Source: Nitrosopumilus sp. (GTDB taxonomy: Archaea; Thermoproteota; Nitrososphaeria; Nitrososphaerales; Nitrosopumilaceae). From it: DNA of 64,000 bases. Shown in pieces: positions 10,396 to 22,082 of the stretch. Positions within the stretch are counted from its first letter, which is position 1; the number at the start of each line of letters is the position of its first letter. Below the pieces are notes generated by a model. That model worked only from the letters and a program-made list of their open reading frames with translations, was not told the origin of the DNA and ran no database searches. The position numbers and the translations under genes were made by a program. Location of the stretch: positions 864,001-928,000 of the forward strand of contig OZ243974.1 of assembly GCA_965214775.1 (NCBI GenBank), written 5' to 3'.

Positions 10396-11799
10396 CTATT
10401 CGACGTAATGGTGATGAACCAGGTTGTCATAGAACCTGACTGATTTTATGTTTACAAATTCAAGCATCCCATAACGTGACAGCTCCCTTCCAAAGCCACT
10501 GTGTTTAATCCCTCCAAAAGGAATCCTTGGATCAGAAACAACCACGTTGTTTACGCTTACAATTCCCGATTCAATTCGTCTTGAGATTTTTTCAGCTTTT
10601 GCCAGATCTTGAGTCCAAATACTTGCACCCAGTCCGAATTCAGTGTCATTTGCCATCTTTATGGCCTCGCCTTCGTTTTCTACAACGGTAATTGGCGCAA
10701 CCGGCCCAAATGTTTCCTCTCTGGCAATTCTCATGTCTGGTTTTACATTTGTAAGGATTGTAGGCTCGTAAAAAAATCCCTTGCCGCCTTTCTTTTTCCC
10801 CCCTAGAAGAATTTCAGAGCCCTTTTCTCTTGCATCCTCGACTATTTCTGAAACTGTCTCAAATCCTTCTCTGCTTGACAAGGGGCCAATATCCGTCTGA
10901 ATTGATGCCGGATCTCCGATTTTTAACTGAGAGGCTTTTTTGACAAACAGTTCGGTGAAATCCTTGGCAATGTCCTTTCCAACAAGGAATCTTTTTGATG
11001 CAACACAACTCTGGCCACAGTTTATGAACCTGCCTTTAACTGCGCCTTCGGCTGCCTTTTCAACAATTGCGTCATCCAAGACTATGAAGGGATCACTTCC
11101 GCCAAGTTCCAAGACACATTTTTTCAGATTCATTGCCGCCCTTTTGCCTACATTGGCGCCTGCGCTGGTGCTTCCGGTGAATGTAACGGCATCTACATCC
11201 GAATCAATCAGGCTGTTTGCAGAGTCGACACTTCCAACCACCGTCTGAAAGACCCCATCGGGGACTCCCGACTCGGCAAACGCCTTTTCTATCTCTATGC
11301 CCGATTGCACTGTAACCCTGGACGGCTTCATGACAATGACGTTTCCTGCCATCAGACATGGCGCGGCAAATCGGAGTGCCTGCCAATAGGGAAAATTCCA
11401 CGGCATTATAGAGCCAATTGCCCCAAGCGGCTCAAAAGTCAGAAAGCTCTTTCGGGCATCCGTATTTAGCACTTCGTCTGAAAGAAAGCTATCCCCATGA
11501 TCTGCATAGAATTCTAATGCCCAAGCACACTTTTCCACCTCGCCTATGGACTCCTTGAGAACCTTGCCCATTTCTGCAGTGGCGACTTTGGCAAGATCCA
11601 GCTTGTTCTTTTTTAGATGTTCAACCAGGTTGTAGATGCAGTTTTTGCGTTTTTCATAATCTTTTTTCCATTCTGGAAAGGCCCCTTTTGCCTTGCCGAC
11701 CAGCCCAAATACTTGGGATTTATTCATTGGCAGGTATGACCGGATCTCTTCCCCGGTTGCCGGATTTACGGTGACTAGCTTGTTCAGGGCTTTATCCAA
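10396..11799 (-). CDS. NAD(P)-dependent succinate-semialdehyde dehydrogenase-like ALDH
   Basis: MPWNFP, FTGS, LELGGSDP, GQSCV and EETFGP motifs. Confidence 0.92.
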   Translation of the reverse strand: MDKALNKLVTVNPATGEEIRSYLPMNKSQVFGLVGKAKGAFPEWKKDYEKRKNCIYNLVEHLKKNKLDLAKVATAEMGKVLKESIGEVEKCAWALEFYADHGDSFLSDEVLNTDARKSFLTFEPLGAIGSIMPWNFPYWQALRFAAPCLMAGNVIVMKPSRVTVQSGIEIEKAFAESGVPDGVFQTVVGSVDSANSLIDSDVDAVTFTGSTSAGANVGKRAAMNLKKCVLELGGSDPFIVLDDAIVEKAAEGAVKGRFINCGQSCVASKRFLVGKDIAKDFTELFVKKASQLKIGDPASIQTDIGPLSSREGFETVSEIVEDAREKGSEILLGGKKKGGKGFFYEPTILTNVKPDMRIAREETFGPVAPITVVENEGEAIKMANDTEFGLGASIWTQDLAKAEKISRRIESGIVSVNNVVVSDPRIPFGGIKHSGFGRELSRYGMLEFVNIKSVRFYDNLVHHHYVE

Positions 11800-11841
11800 A
11801 CTCGTCTCCTATTTAATTTAGCAAGCTGTCTTTCAAAGGTT

Positions 11842-12357
11842 CTAGAAAATTTGTTGCATGTCATTTTTGATCTCGTCAATCTTTTTGGAATATGCCTTTT
11901 TTGACTTGTCATTCTTTTTGAGGTTTAGAACGCTTCCGCAAGACGGGCACTTGAACATTCCTTCAAGCGATTCCTCAAATGTGACTCTCGGACAGTCCTC
12001 GTTGCCACAATGATAAAAGTCAGACGCGTTTTCATAGTCTAACCTTTGCTGTAATCTCTCTGAAATTTTCTTTTTCTGGTTCTCAATGAAATTTTCCACT
12101 TCCTCCCTTCTGGTGCGCCACCTGTAGACAAACCATCCCTTTCTTTCGTCTTTGATCCTGATTCCCGTAATCAGCGACTTTCCAAACAGATCATACAGGA
12201 CCTTTCTTACCATGTTGATTCTCAGTCCCGTTGAACTGGCAATCTCCTCGTCTGTTGCATCCTCTGCCTTTAGGAGTGAACGGGCAACCTTGAGGTATTC
12301 GTCGCCTCCAATCATAGAGGCAATTCTTACAAACGGATCCTCGTATTTGTCAACCAA
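11842..12357 (-). CDS. tfe: Transcription factor E (TFIIE alpha)
   Basis: Winged helix (TDEEIA..VRKVLYDL, GWFVYRW) plus Zn ribbon FKCPSCG. Confidence 0.95.
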   Translation of the reverse strand: MVDKYEDPFVRIASMIGGDEYLKVARSLLKAEDATDEEIASSTGLRINMVRKVLYDLFGKSLITGIRIKDERKGWFVYRWRTRREEVENFIENQKKKISERLQQRLDYENASDFYHCGNEDCPRVTFEESLEGMFKCPSCGSVLNLKKNDKSKKAYSKKIDEIKNDMQQIF

Positions 12358-12387
12358 CCTACTTTAATCACTCCCAATTTTCTACTA

Positions 12388-12924
12388 TTAATCCCTTGTT
12401 TCGGACACCACTACGTTTTTCCCGTTTTTTGTGGGCACAATCCTCCTTTGCGCGTTGGGAAACGCCTTTTCAAACTGCCTTCCGCCCTGAATCCTGTCCA
12501 AAAGCACCGCCAACGCACTGATTTCAGAATGAGGCTGACTGCCAATCCCGATGTTATAATCGGCCAAGTCGTATGCCTCCCTGGGTACCTTTTGAGCCCC
12601 TACAACCACCAACAGTCTGTCCTCGTTCCGAAGTTCCTTTTGGGCATCGTTGATTTTTTGGCCATACATTGTAAGATGCACGATTTTGAAGTTTTCCTCT
12701 TCCCTCTTCTTTTTTATGACCGGCCTCCACTTTTCAATAAACTCAACCTCAAAACTTCCCCCCCAAGTCCTGTTGATCTTTTCTAGCGTGTCCTTGATCT
12801 CCGGATTGACTTCGGTCATGTATATTTTCTCAGCACCAAAGGATCTTGAAACCAAAGCCACGTGCGTGGTAACCCTGTCGTCTCTGACTACCCTCTCTCC
12901 AATTCTAAGGACTTGGACAATCAT
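12388..12924 (-). CDS. trm56: tRNA (cytidine(56)-2'-O)-methyltransferase
   Basis: [26 protein letters not shown] and [11 protein letters not shown] motifs. Confidence 0.95.
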   Translation of the reverse strand: MIVQVLRIGERVVRDDRVTTHVALVSRSFGAEKIYMTEVNPEIKDTLEKINRTWGGSFEVEFIEKWRPVIKKKREEENFKIVHLTMYGQKINDAQKELRNEDRLLVVVGAQKVPREAYDLADYNIGIGSQPHSEISALAVLLDRIQGGRQFEKAFPNAQRRIVPTKNGKNVVVSETRD

Positions 12925-14042
12925 TTTCCTTGTATGCCCCGGCTTGCCTTTCCAAAATTTGAAGAATCATGGCTTTGAAGGATGTTTTGGATTAATTCTT
13001 TTAATTCCTTTACATTTTTTCCGTTCTTTGCAGATACCTCAATCCGTCTCTTGTTTTCAGCCAGGTTCAGAACTTTGATTTTTTCATTCAACTCGTCATT
13101 TTCAACCAGATCTGATTTGTTTAGCGCATAGACCATCCTCCCCCTCTCAATTCCCAGTTCACCCAGTGTTTTCATGCAGCTTGCAAATTTCTTTTTCAGG
13201 TCAAAAACGGTGTCCTTGACATCAATCACCACGATTACCGCATCGGCGTATCCCAGCTCTTCGAGCGTGGACTTGAAGGCATCAATCATGTATGCAGGCA
13301 GCTTGCTGATAAACCCGACAGTGTCTGAGATTAAAAACGATTCGCGGTTAATGTTTACTCTTCTGGTGGTTGTTGAGAGGGTGGTGAACAATTCCTCGCC
13401 CTGGGTTCTTGTCTCCCCCGTCATCTTGTTAAAGAGGGTTGTCTTGCCTGCAGAGGTGTATCCTGCAAGCGAGATGGTTTTGAAGCCCATCCTTTTTCGC
13501 CCCTGCCTGTGAAGCTCCCTTTGCTTGCCGGATTTTTCCAGTTTTGATCTGATCGTCTGCATTCTATGTTTGATGTCGTTATAGTAAACGTCAACCTCGA
13601 ACTTTCCAATTCCCATGAATCCCGGCTGCTCTCCCATGCTGGATAGTCGGACCTTTTCTTTTGCCCTTGCCATCTCGTATCTTAGCTGGGCAAGTTTTAC
13701 TTGCATTTTTGATTCCGCACTGGAAGCCCTGCTTTCAAAGATTTCCAGGATCAGCGCCTCTCGATCCAGAATCTCTCTGTGAAGAACCGCTGCAAGATTG
13801 TAGTTCTGGCTAGGTCTTAGAATCTCATCAAAGACAACCACGTCTGGTCTCAGTTTTTCAGAAATTTCCTGCAGCCGCTCCAAAATCCCTCCGCTGATTC
13901 CATATTTCGGCCGGTTCAAGAATTTTTGCCTGATGGTATGGACAATCTCATAGCCTGCCGCATCACACAGTCCCCTTGCTTCGCTGATTGCATCCTCTTT
14001 TTCGTATGTGATCAGGATGGCTGATTTCATGACTATTTCCAC
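12921..14042 (-). CDS. hflX: GTPase HflX
   Basis: [31 protein letters not shown] and NKSD motifs. Confidence 0.95.
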   Translation of the reverse strand: MEIVMKSAILITYEKEDAISEARGLCDAAGYEIVHTIRQKFLNRPKYGISGGILERLQEISEKLRPDVVVFDEILRPSQNYNLAAVLHREILDREALILEIFESRASSAESKMQVKLAQLRYEMARAKEKVRLSSMGEQPGFMGIGKFEVDVYYNDIKHRMQTIRSKLEKSGKQRELHRQGRKRMGFKTISLAGYTSAGKTTLFNKMTGETRTQGEELFTTLSTTTRRVNINRESFLISDTVGFISKLPAYMIDAFKSTLEELGYADAVIVVIDVKDTVFDLKKKFASCMKTLGELGIERGRMVYALNKSDLVENDELNEKIKVLNLAENKRRIEVSAKNGKNVKELKELIQNILQSHDSSNFGKASRGIQGK

Positions 14043-14074
14043 AGTGTTGCTGCCGTCTTTATCGTTTCCCGGGA

Positions 14075-15121
14075 TTAGGCGGTCTTTTTGAGTGTCTTTT
14101 CAACGTTCATGTTTAGTACGATCTCAGATATGTCGCTGGCATACTCTGAAATTCTGCGAATATTCTCAGTCATTCTCCTGACCCTGTAAAGCTCCTCATC
14201 GTCTTTTAGCGATTTTGAGGCATCCCTTACTTTCTTCTCAAACCTTGCTATTTGGTTGGTTTTTTCAATGGTACTTTCTGCCTGGGAATAATCTTCTTTG
14301 AATAACGCAAGGCAGGCATCATCCAGTACGGACAGGCCAAAGTCATTCATGTCTTGTAGTCTTTGGAGAATCTCCCTTTTGATTGACTTTTTAAACTCTA
14401 AAAGATCTTTTGCAATAAATGCCGCATGATCTCCGGTCCTCTCGATGTTTTTGACTACAAGCCTGTACCCCAGACAGTTTCGTGCGTTTCTGAAACCCAT
14501 CTCTTTTAGCATGTGCTCGTTTTGTATCGCTATCTTTAACTGACGGATTATATAGAATCCAAATCTGTCCACTTCGTCATCCGTGTTCATGACTTCCTGT
14601 GCAAGATCCAGATTGTTTTCCTTTACAGACAGCAGCGCATCACTTGACATGGATTTTGCCAGGTGAATCATTCTCTTGAAGGCACCGTCTACGGAGAGTT
14701 CCAGCAGGTTAACCAGGACCTGTACGGTAATCCCGCCACTCGAATCAGAGATGATTTCTGAGCCCATCAGCATCCGTTTTACGGCTTCCTTTACCGTGTT
14801 TCTTTGGCCGGGGTTTAGTCTTCCATTTTTTGGTTTGACATGGATCGTCTTGAACCCAAGAAAATACAGCGAGATTAATTTTCTGACAATCGAGGACGGC
14901 TTCTCCTCAATGTCAATCTCGATTACTGCATCCTCCTTTTTTTGAATTCTTGATTCAAATTTTGGCGGGTATATCTCCAAAGTCGAAGAGCCGTTTCTTA
15001 CCATTCTGATCTGATCTCCTTTTTTTAGCCCTAAATCCATAATCCATTGTTTTGGCAATGAAACGATATAGGATGACTTGCCGGTAAACTGGATTTTTCT
15101 AGTTTCTTCTCTTTGTTCCAC
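14075..15121 (-). CDS. phoU: AbrB-PhoU phosphate uptake regulator
   Basis: [17 protein letters not shown] AbrB N-terminus; DDEVDRF and IERTGDH PhoU repeats. Confidence 0.9.
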   Translation of the reverse strand: MEQREETRKIQFTGKSSYIVSLPKQWIMDLGLKKGDQIRMVRNGSSTLEIYPPKFESRIQKKEDAVIEIDIEEKPSSIVRKLISLYFLGFKTIHVKPKNGRLNPGQRNTVKEAVKRMLMGSEIISDSSGGITVQVLVNLLELSVDGAFKRMIHLAKSMSSDALLSVKENNLDLAQEVMNTDDEVDRFGFYIIRQLKIAIQNEHMLKEMGFRNARNCLGYRLVVKNIERTGDHAAFIAKDLLEFKKSIKREILQRLQDMNDFGLSVLDDACLALFKEDYSQAESTIEKTNQIARFEKKVRDASKSLKDDEELYRVRRMTENIRRISEYASDISEIVLNMNVEKTLKKTA

Positions 15122-15152
15122 AAACTAATGAAAATTTAACTGTCTATATAGT

Positions 15153-15686
15153 TTGATCCCCTTCGTATGGTTTATCATTCAACTAATATTTAGAGAAAAT
15201 TTTTGGAGGATCGTGGATCCGACCATCAAGATAAGGCATACGATTGATGCATTGTTTGGAACAGGCGTCTCAAGGCAGCTGCCAGAGGATCTTGATTTGA
15301 CATTTTCAAGAAAGACGGGAAGGATTCGGACAGTATCCCATGACGGCAGATTGCTTTGTACTCTTAGGATTGACGGGGGCCTGGCCATAAGCCCCTATTT
15401 TGCTCAAATCCTGCTAAAAAATAGAAAATTCAGAGAAAACTGCGTTGAGATAAATGAAGAGGCGGCCCCCTTTGTTCAGGAAGGCCGCTCAGTTTTTTGC
15501 AAGCATGTGGTCTGGTGCGGAAAAAATGTAAGGATTTCAGCTGATACTCCCGTTTTATTCAAAAACAAGGTGATTGCAGTCGGCAGGGCGGTCCTGTCAA
15601 AGGAGATGATCGATGATTTTGACAGGGGCGTGGCCGTCAGAGTCAGAGATAGTTTAAAAAGTCCAAAGGAGAACATAGGACTATGA
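15153..15686 (+). CDS. PUA-domain protein (archaeosine TGT C-terminal-like)
   Basis: SRKTGRIR, GRSVFCKHV, AVGRA and GVAVRVR motifs; true start probably ~15213. Confidence 0.85.
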   Translation: MIPFVWFIIQLIFRENFWRIVDPTIKIRHTIDALFGTGVSRQLPEDLDLTFSRKTGRIRTVSHDGRLLCTLRIDGGLAISPYFAQILLKNRKFRENCVEINEEAAPFVQEGRSVFCKHVVWCGKNVRISADTPVLFKNKVIAVGRAVLSKEMIDDFDRGVAVRVRDSLKSPKENIGL

Positions 15687-16024
15687 TGCGTGGCGGAAAT
15701 CGCGAAATGCGAAGAATGATGGACAAGATGGGCCTTGACATGAACGAGATCCCAAACGTCCAAGAGGTGATTATCAAGACCGACAAGAAAGAGATCATTG
15801 TTTCAAAGCCTTCTGTTACTGAAATGAAGGCCAAGGACAATTCCATTTTTACAGTTACTGCTGACGGATATGAGGAAAGGGAGCTTGAGGTTCCGACCTT
15901 CTCTGAGGAAGACATTCAGCTGGTTTGCCAGGGGGCAGGAGTGGATGAAGAAAAGGCCAAAAGCGCGCTAGAAGAGACAAAGGGCGATCTTGCCAGAGCT
16001 ATCTTGCTTTTGACTTCAGGGTAG
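15683..16024 (+). CDS. nac: Nascent polypeptide-associated complex protein
   Basis: REMRRMMDKMG, VQEVII; C-terminal UBA (ALEETKGDLARAIL). Confidence 0.93.
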   Translation: MMRGGNREMRRMMDKMGLDMNEIPNVQEVIIKTDKKEIIVSKPSVTEMKAKDNSIFTVTADGYEERELEVPTFSEEDIQLVCQGAGVDEEKAKSALEETKGDLARAILLLTSG

Positions 16025-16081
16025 CAAGTTTTGTGGCTAAATGAACGGTCTGGCAATGGCATGTTGAATCCGGACTTTTTT

Positions 16082-18011
16082 TTACAGGCCGGGATGTTTG
16101 AGAGTACGAATTGCGGCTGACGTGTGGATTAGTTGAATCCGCCTTTCTTTTTTGTGATATTTTAAACCGATTTCCAAAGCAGAAACAGGTTTTTTCTCCA
16201 AATCCAGAGCCGATTCGAAAATATCAAAGCAGTCTTTGCCGGCAGGCAGTTCCATTAGACTTTATGCGTAATCGACCGTGATTAAAAATTCCGTAGGCTT
16301 TTCCAAACGCAAATGCGCTGATCGGATCAAATTACCGCATGCATCTCGTGTCATGACGCACGTAAAAGCCAGTTGCGCCAAAAGAACGTGCGCAACCATG
16401 CAGCACGGCAGTGTGCCCCGTTGACAAGTCAGAAAGAATGGCGGTCCGTACCGCCGTATGTCATGTGTCTGGCAGCAGATGCAGCTGCTGCAGCAGCTGG
16501 CCATAGTATTTTTTCCTTTTCAACATCGTCTTGAGGTTCTCAAGACCCGTGATTATCTGCATGAAATAATTGAGATCCTTGGCAGTTCCGCCAAACGGCA
16601 TGGTAAGAATGCCATATCTTTTGAGCCGCCCTATGTGGTGCTCCACCCTGACGCGAACCCTGCTTATCTGCTTGCGGCGCCTCTTTTGCGTTGCAGTAAG
16701 ATCCCCGTCCCTGGGCTTCTTTGGGGGCTGCCTGTGTATGGCGCCCGGAAGCATCTTTTGAATGCCCTCAAATCCCAGGTCGCTGTAAATCACAAACGCC
16801 TCTTCCGGATCGTCTGCGTTTTTTGCATTCCTCATTGATCCGGTGTGCCTTCCAAAGTCCGGGCCGCCCCCTGCGTTCATCACGCCCTTGTCGTTGACGC
16901 TTCCGTCCACAGTCTTGCCGCAGTGCAGTATGAGGCCGTCCAGGTTCGAGGTAATTATCGTGTTGAACATGTGCCGCTTTTTTCTTCCCGAGTATCTGGT
17001 CTTTCTTGCGGTCCTGTCCCCGGGCCTGTCTACCGGAGTCAGGGTGCCGTCAATCAGGAGCGTCTTTTTTGGGATCAGCACCTCCTCCAGCTTGCCTGCC
17101 GGGGTCTTGCAGATGATGCTTGCTAGCTTTTCGGAGGCAGGCAGGAGCCGGCGCAGTAACACGGCACCGTACCGGAGGTACCTGGACATTGTGGACTGGT
17201 CGACGTCAAACGTTGCGGCCAGATGATGCTGCGTTGCCTTGGTCCTTATGCTCATGAGTACTGCAAGCAGCGCGTGCCTGATGTACAGCTTGCACCGGTT
17301 TCCGGCATCGCCGCCTCTTACGTCGTCCTCCCAGAACAGGGGCCTGTCCTCGTCGTCCATGACTTCTTCCGTAAAGCGCTCCAGTATGATCGTAAATGAC
17401 TCCTTTGTGCATCCCGTGACGTTGCGAAGGCGCACCGGATCGCCGATTATGCCGTCTGCAACCTCGATTGCGTGCATCCGCAGAGGCGTCCCGCCGCGCA
17501 CGACTCTTTTTGTCTTGTTTTCTTCGGACTGCCACAGTGAGTCCTCAAACGCAAGCTGCTTCCTCATACGCTCGTTTTGCTTGGACATCTGTTTGTTTTG
17601 CTTGGATACCTGCTCGTGTTGCTCGACTAGCATCTCGTGTTGCGCTTGTAACGCTTGAAATGCTTGGAGAGTCTTGTCATTTGAGCCCATACAGTTAGGG
17701 AATCATACAGATCTTTAGGGTTGTTGGTGTGCAAATAATGATCTATTGTGTCGTATTTTTAGATCAGATGGGCCGATTACGCATAAAGTCTATTACGTCG
17801 TCATCATCATCAGTTTTTGAACCTGAATTAGAATCAATGTCGATTGGGAATGGCAATGTCCCGTAATTTTTTTTTTGAAGAGCAACTCCTGCAAAATGAG
17901 GTTGTTTTGGTCTTCGTCCTGAAATTGAGGCATTGTCTCTTGCCCGTAAATGATATTCAATTTTATCAGATTTAGATTCAGTTTCTTCAAAATGGGGGAA
18001 CGTATCTGCTT
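16082..18011 (-). pseudogene. Unknown host gene interrupted by an IS5-family element and truncated at its 5' end by an ISH3 remnant
   Basis: Removing 16257-17791 and one ATT restores an open frame ...SKTDDDDV|MELPAGKDCFDIFESALD...KHPGL*. Confidence 0.5.
16257..17791 (-). mobile_element. IS5-family element (DDE_Tnp_4 type), apparently intact; transposase 16461-17690
   Basis: TIR AGACTTTATGCGTAATCG / CGATTACGCATAAAGTCT; 3-bp ATT duplication; IDGT, YSGRKKRH, SDLGF and RVRVEHHIGRLK motifs. Confidence 0.92.
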
Positions 18012-19790
18012 CAGTACTTCCTAGATGTATTTTTGCAGATCCGGCACGACGGCGCCGCTACTTTCCGCGATCGTTTACAAACGAGTCGACCGCATCTACA
18101 ATGCATGTGACAAACAGCAGCATAGTAAATCCCTTCCCTCCGGCAAATCTGTCCCACTTGGATTCTATATCCATGAACACAGCAGTCCTCCACAGGTTAT
18201 ACAGTATGACAGACAGGTAGAACAGCAACAATCTGACTGCCGGATAGTTGCTGCATGCCTTGCCCATTATTCCCTTGATCACCTGAGTCCAGTCTCAATT
18301 CCCCACCGCTTTCGGTACTCCTCTGATATTTGCTCTAGGACGTCCTCTGTACTTTCAGTAGCCATGTTCAGTAGACGGAAATGTACCCCCTTTAAATACG
18401 TCTGACAGACGACAGCGTAAAAAAATCTACCAAAAATGTAAACAAATCTAGATCACACAGATCAACTGTAAGGCGCCCCTACCCGCTATAGTGATTGGAC
18501 AAAATAGCGGGCAAAAGCACCGCATCAACATGGGCAACAGGGTGCTTAATACCTTGGCAAACATCATAGGCGGCGGGGGCGAGATCAAGTTCTCCAAGCA
18601 GCATAACGCGCTATACGGACTGTCACAGTTTGTGATGATCCTGGCATCCATGTGCAAATCAGGCCAGACTGCAACAGAGAGCGTGATAGAGTTTGAAGAC
18701 AACGAGAACCTGCCCACTGCCAGGTGGTTTCACGGAATGGTCCGAACCGCAGGCCTTGACGGAATAAGACAGATTTGCGATGACCTGATGGATATTGCAA
18801 TCAAGGTCGCCAAAAAGGGCGGCATTCACAGTAACGGCCCCGTCATGATTGCAATAGACAAGCACGAGATACCGCGGTATGACAAGGACAACATGAAGTA
18901 TCTGATAAGATCAAAGCCCAAAAAGGGAACAAGCAAGTTCGAGGCGTATGCGACCATGCAGGCAGTCGACTCCCCTGTCAATGCCACGCTCGGATGCATT
19001 CCGCTCACAAGGGAGGACTTTGACGCCGATTTCGTGCGTAAATTTGTGAATATTCTCAGGAAATCAAACATAATGTACCGGCTCTTTCTGCTGGACCGGG
19101 AGTTCTACTCAGTTGACATAATGACAGAGATGTATCGTGCAGGAAAAAAGTTCCTGATGCCTGCAATCAAGAATGCCACAGTAAAGAATGCAATAGAGGC
19201 GGCACACGCAGCAGGCAAGACAAAGGGGAGCTGCGTGTCTGATTTTACCATTACAAACCGCAAAGGCAAGACCGCATCATTTAACCTGGTCATCGTGCCG
19301 TCTGCCATGCACGGGCAGGAGGGCAAGACAGTAGTGGAACAGTACGTGGCATTTGCCACCAACCTCCCGTTCTCCAACGCGCTGCATGAGATCGATACTG
19401 CCTCACCGGACTACCGGAAGAGGTGGGGCATAGAGACAGGATACAGGCAGATAGAGCAGATACGGGCCAAGACCATAAGCAGGAACCAGGACATCAGGCT
19501 GCTTGTATTTTTTGTGTCTGTCTTTGTGTACAACATGTGGGCCATCGAGCGCAACAGGGACGACATATGGTGTGCGAGAAGGGATCTTACGTTATTGCGG
19601 GTTTCATGCGCGCTTCTCATGGCTGCTAGAAGGAATCTTGCAGAATACGGGTTTGCCGGCCCGCCACTGCCGCCGTAGGGTCGAGGTGGCCTTTGGGGGG
19701 TTACATTTCCGTCTACTGATGTTGGCAGTAAAGACCTGGTACTAGCCCGATGACCCATCACTGCGCCTTGGCCGAGTCGGCACAAAGGCG
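18012..19790 (-). pseudogene. ISH3-family remnant (3' part) split by a second ISH3
   Basis: Terminus CAGTACTTCCTAGATGT at 18012; reads QVFTAN|MATES...EEYRKRWGIETG across the insertion. The high-coordinate boundary is approximate. Confidence 0.7.
18369..19718 (+). mobile_element. ISH3-family IS, intact; transposase 18491-19678
   Basis: TIR CAGTAGACGGAAATGTA / TACATTTCCGTCTACTG; 5-bp TSD ATGTT; AIDKH, LLDREFYS and YRKRWGIETGYR motifs. Confidence 0.93.
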
Positions 19791-19846
19791 CCTCTGTCCT
19801 GATCCTGCCCACATCATCAGATAAAAACAAGCTAGCCCAAGATATC

Positions 19847-20553
19847 TTGCTTATGGCATCGCTTCCACGAAAATCCAACATCAAACGGGGCAGCCGTGTC
19901 TCCATTGAGACCAAGGCAGATCAGGGAACCGGCAGGTTCACAGAGGGGACGGTTGACGAAATACTGACCTCTTCCGAGTCCCATCCGCATGGGATAAAGG
20001 TCAGGCTGCACGACGGTCAGATCGGGCGGGTCAAAAAGGCCATCCTAGCTCGTGTCCCGACGGACTCGGCGGATCCGGGAAAAAAGACGGCATCCGGGAA
20101 GACCATGATCCAGAACGGATTTGCTGATCTGGACAAAATGGAGATTCCTGCAGTCGAGGATGCGCAAAACGAGTTCAAGGAGTTTTACCAGTTTGATTCA
20201 AATCTTGTAGATGTGGAGGACAGGCAAGCGCGAGAGGGTGCAAAGAAAAAGACCCGTGAGAGGTTTGCCATCGCCGTGTGCTCCTTTGGAAACTCGCGTG
20301 AAGGCGGATTCGTATACTTGGGAATAAACTCGGACGGCCGGGTTGTGGGTCTTGAGCGTGATCTTAAACTAGGAGGGTTTTCTGACTATGAGGACTCGTT
20401 TGCAAACAACATTAGGAATGCCCTGGGCGACATGATACGTGACAAGGCATTCATAATAGACAATCTGAAGATAAAGTTCAGGACGGTTGTGGGAAAGACC
20501 ATCTGCCTAGTTCAGATACTTCCCTCCGATCGACCTGTCTATCTGCATTCCCA
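19847..20553 (+). pseudogene. YwbE (DUF2196) + Schlafen/AlbA_2 domain protein, C-terminus replaced in frame by IS630
   Basis: KADQGTG..EGTVDEILTSSESHPHGIKVRL..GQIGRVK is YwbE-like; EFKE and VCSFGNSREGGFVYLGINSDGRVVGL are AlbA_2-like. Confidence 0.8.
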
Positions 20554-21988
20554 TAGTCAACATATAAAAAAAAGAACAATTTTGACAACTATTTTTGATC
20601 CAAACATTAAGATCAGGCAAGGAATACGCATATGCATGGACAGACAGAGAAAGGAATTCGTAGCATCAGGAAGCAAATTCCTGCCAAATACGTCACGCTC
20701 CTACCTGCACAAGGCATACAAAAAGGAGACAGACAAGAGAAAGCGCGACAGGCTGCTTGCATACATGCAGCGCAAGGACGACCTCGGTGTGGAACAGATA
20801 GCAAAGAACCTCGACCGGGCACATTCCACCATATCCAAGTGGCTCATCCGCGCACAGGACGAGGGAATACGTGCAAGGCACGAGCGGCCAGGCAGGGGAC
20901 GCAAGCACAAGCTGAGTGAGTCGCAGCTGAAACAGCTTGCGGCGGATCTCAAGTCAGGATCCGAGGAGTGCGGTTTTGAGAGCAGCCTGTGGGACTCGGG
21001 CCTGATGAGACGGCACATCAAAAAGAAGTTCGGCATAGAATACAGCAAGAGCGGCACGCGGCTGCTGGCACGCGAGCTTGGGTTCTCATGGAGGAAGCCG
21101 AGGCCAAAGAACCCAAAGGCCGTCTCAAAACAAAAGCAGAACGAGTTCAAGGAGGCATCCCAAGAGCTGATACGGGAAAAGGAGGCGCAAGGGTATACGG
21201 TACTGGCAGAAGACGAGTCATCCATACAAAAGACCTCAAACAGCCCCAAACACGGGTGGCTCAGGCGCGGCATGAGCGTCACGGCGCCCTTGACGCTGTC
21301 ACGGCAGCGCCGGTACATGTTCGGCGTGCTGGCAGTTAACATATTCTACTATATGTTCTATGACAAGACCAACACCGACAGCTTTTGCGACTTTTTGGAA
21401 AAGGTGCACGAAAAGTACGGAAAGGTGTTGATATTCCTGGATAATGCGTCATACCACAAGTCTGTCGGCGTAAGAGAGATGCTGGAAAAGTACAAGGGCG
21501 AGATAATACTGAAGTACCTGCCGCCGCACACGCCGGAGCTCAATCCTGTAGAGATACAGTGGAGGGAGATAAAGCGGAGGCTGTCTGCCAAGATGTTTGA
21601 TACGCTTGATGAGATGGAGCAGTCCGTGCGGAAGATGTTTGCCAGTGGAGAGATCCTACCGGTAAAGATGTTCCGATATTTGATGGGCTGACTACTGCAG
21701 CAGCAGCAGCAGCAACAACTGTCGTGTTCCATACTGTCGGGTCTTGTGTGGCAGTATGTCAAACCCCCCATGCACGAATTAACTACTGCAGCAGCAACAA
21801 CTGTCGTGTTCCATACTGTCGGGTCTAGTACGCCTTGCAAAGGCGTGAGTGCTTTGCTTGCCTAGGAATTTGTCCCTTGATGTTGCGAATTCTGCCTGTT
21901 TTCCCATGCATGTGCGATGGTTTGCCTGATCTTAATGTTTGGATCAAAAGCAGTTGTCAAAATTGTTCGTTTTTTTATGAATTAACTA
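20554..21988 (+). mobile_element. IS630-family element; transposase ~20636-21691
   Basis: Imperfect TIRs of about 65 bp bounded by TA; HTH, EDES, LDNASYH and LPPHTPELNPVE motifs. Confidence 0.93.
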
Positions 21989-22082
21989 TGGCCTCATACC
22001 AACAGTCTAAGGAAGCCTAGGTGGAATTAGGCGACAACCCCCCCTGCTGCCATAAAGTCTATTATGTCAAGATCCACTCTGA

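Noticed and set aside
10011-10439. Short ORFs between MITE D and the ALDH gene
   Set aside because: Mutually overlapping with no family signature; none can be supported.
21691-21826. ~45-bp duplication with a 37-bp insert and CAG run, as a further CRISPR-like scar
   Set aside because: It is present in both IS630 copies, and the insert ends like the IS terminus (GAATTAACTA), so it is better explained as part of the element's right end.
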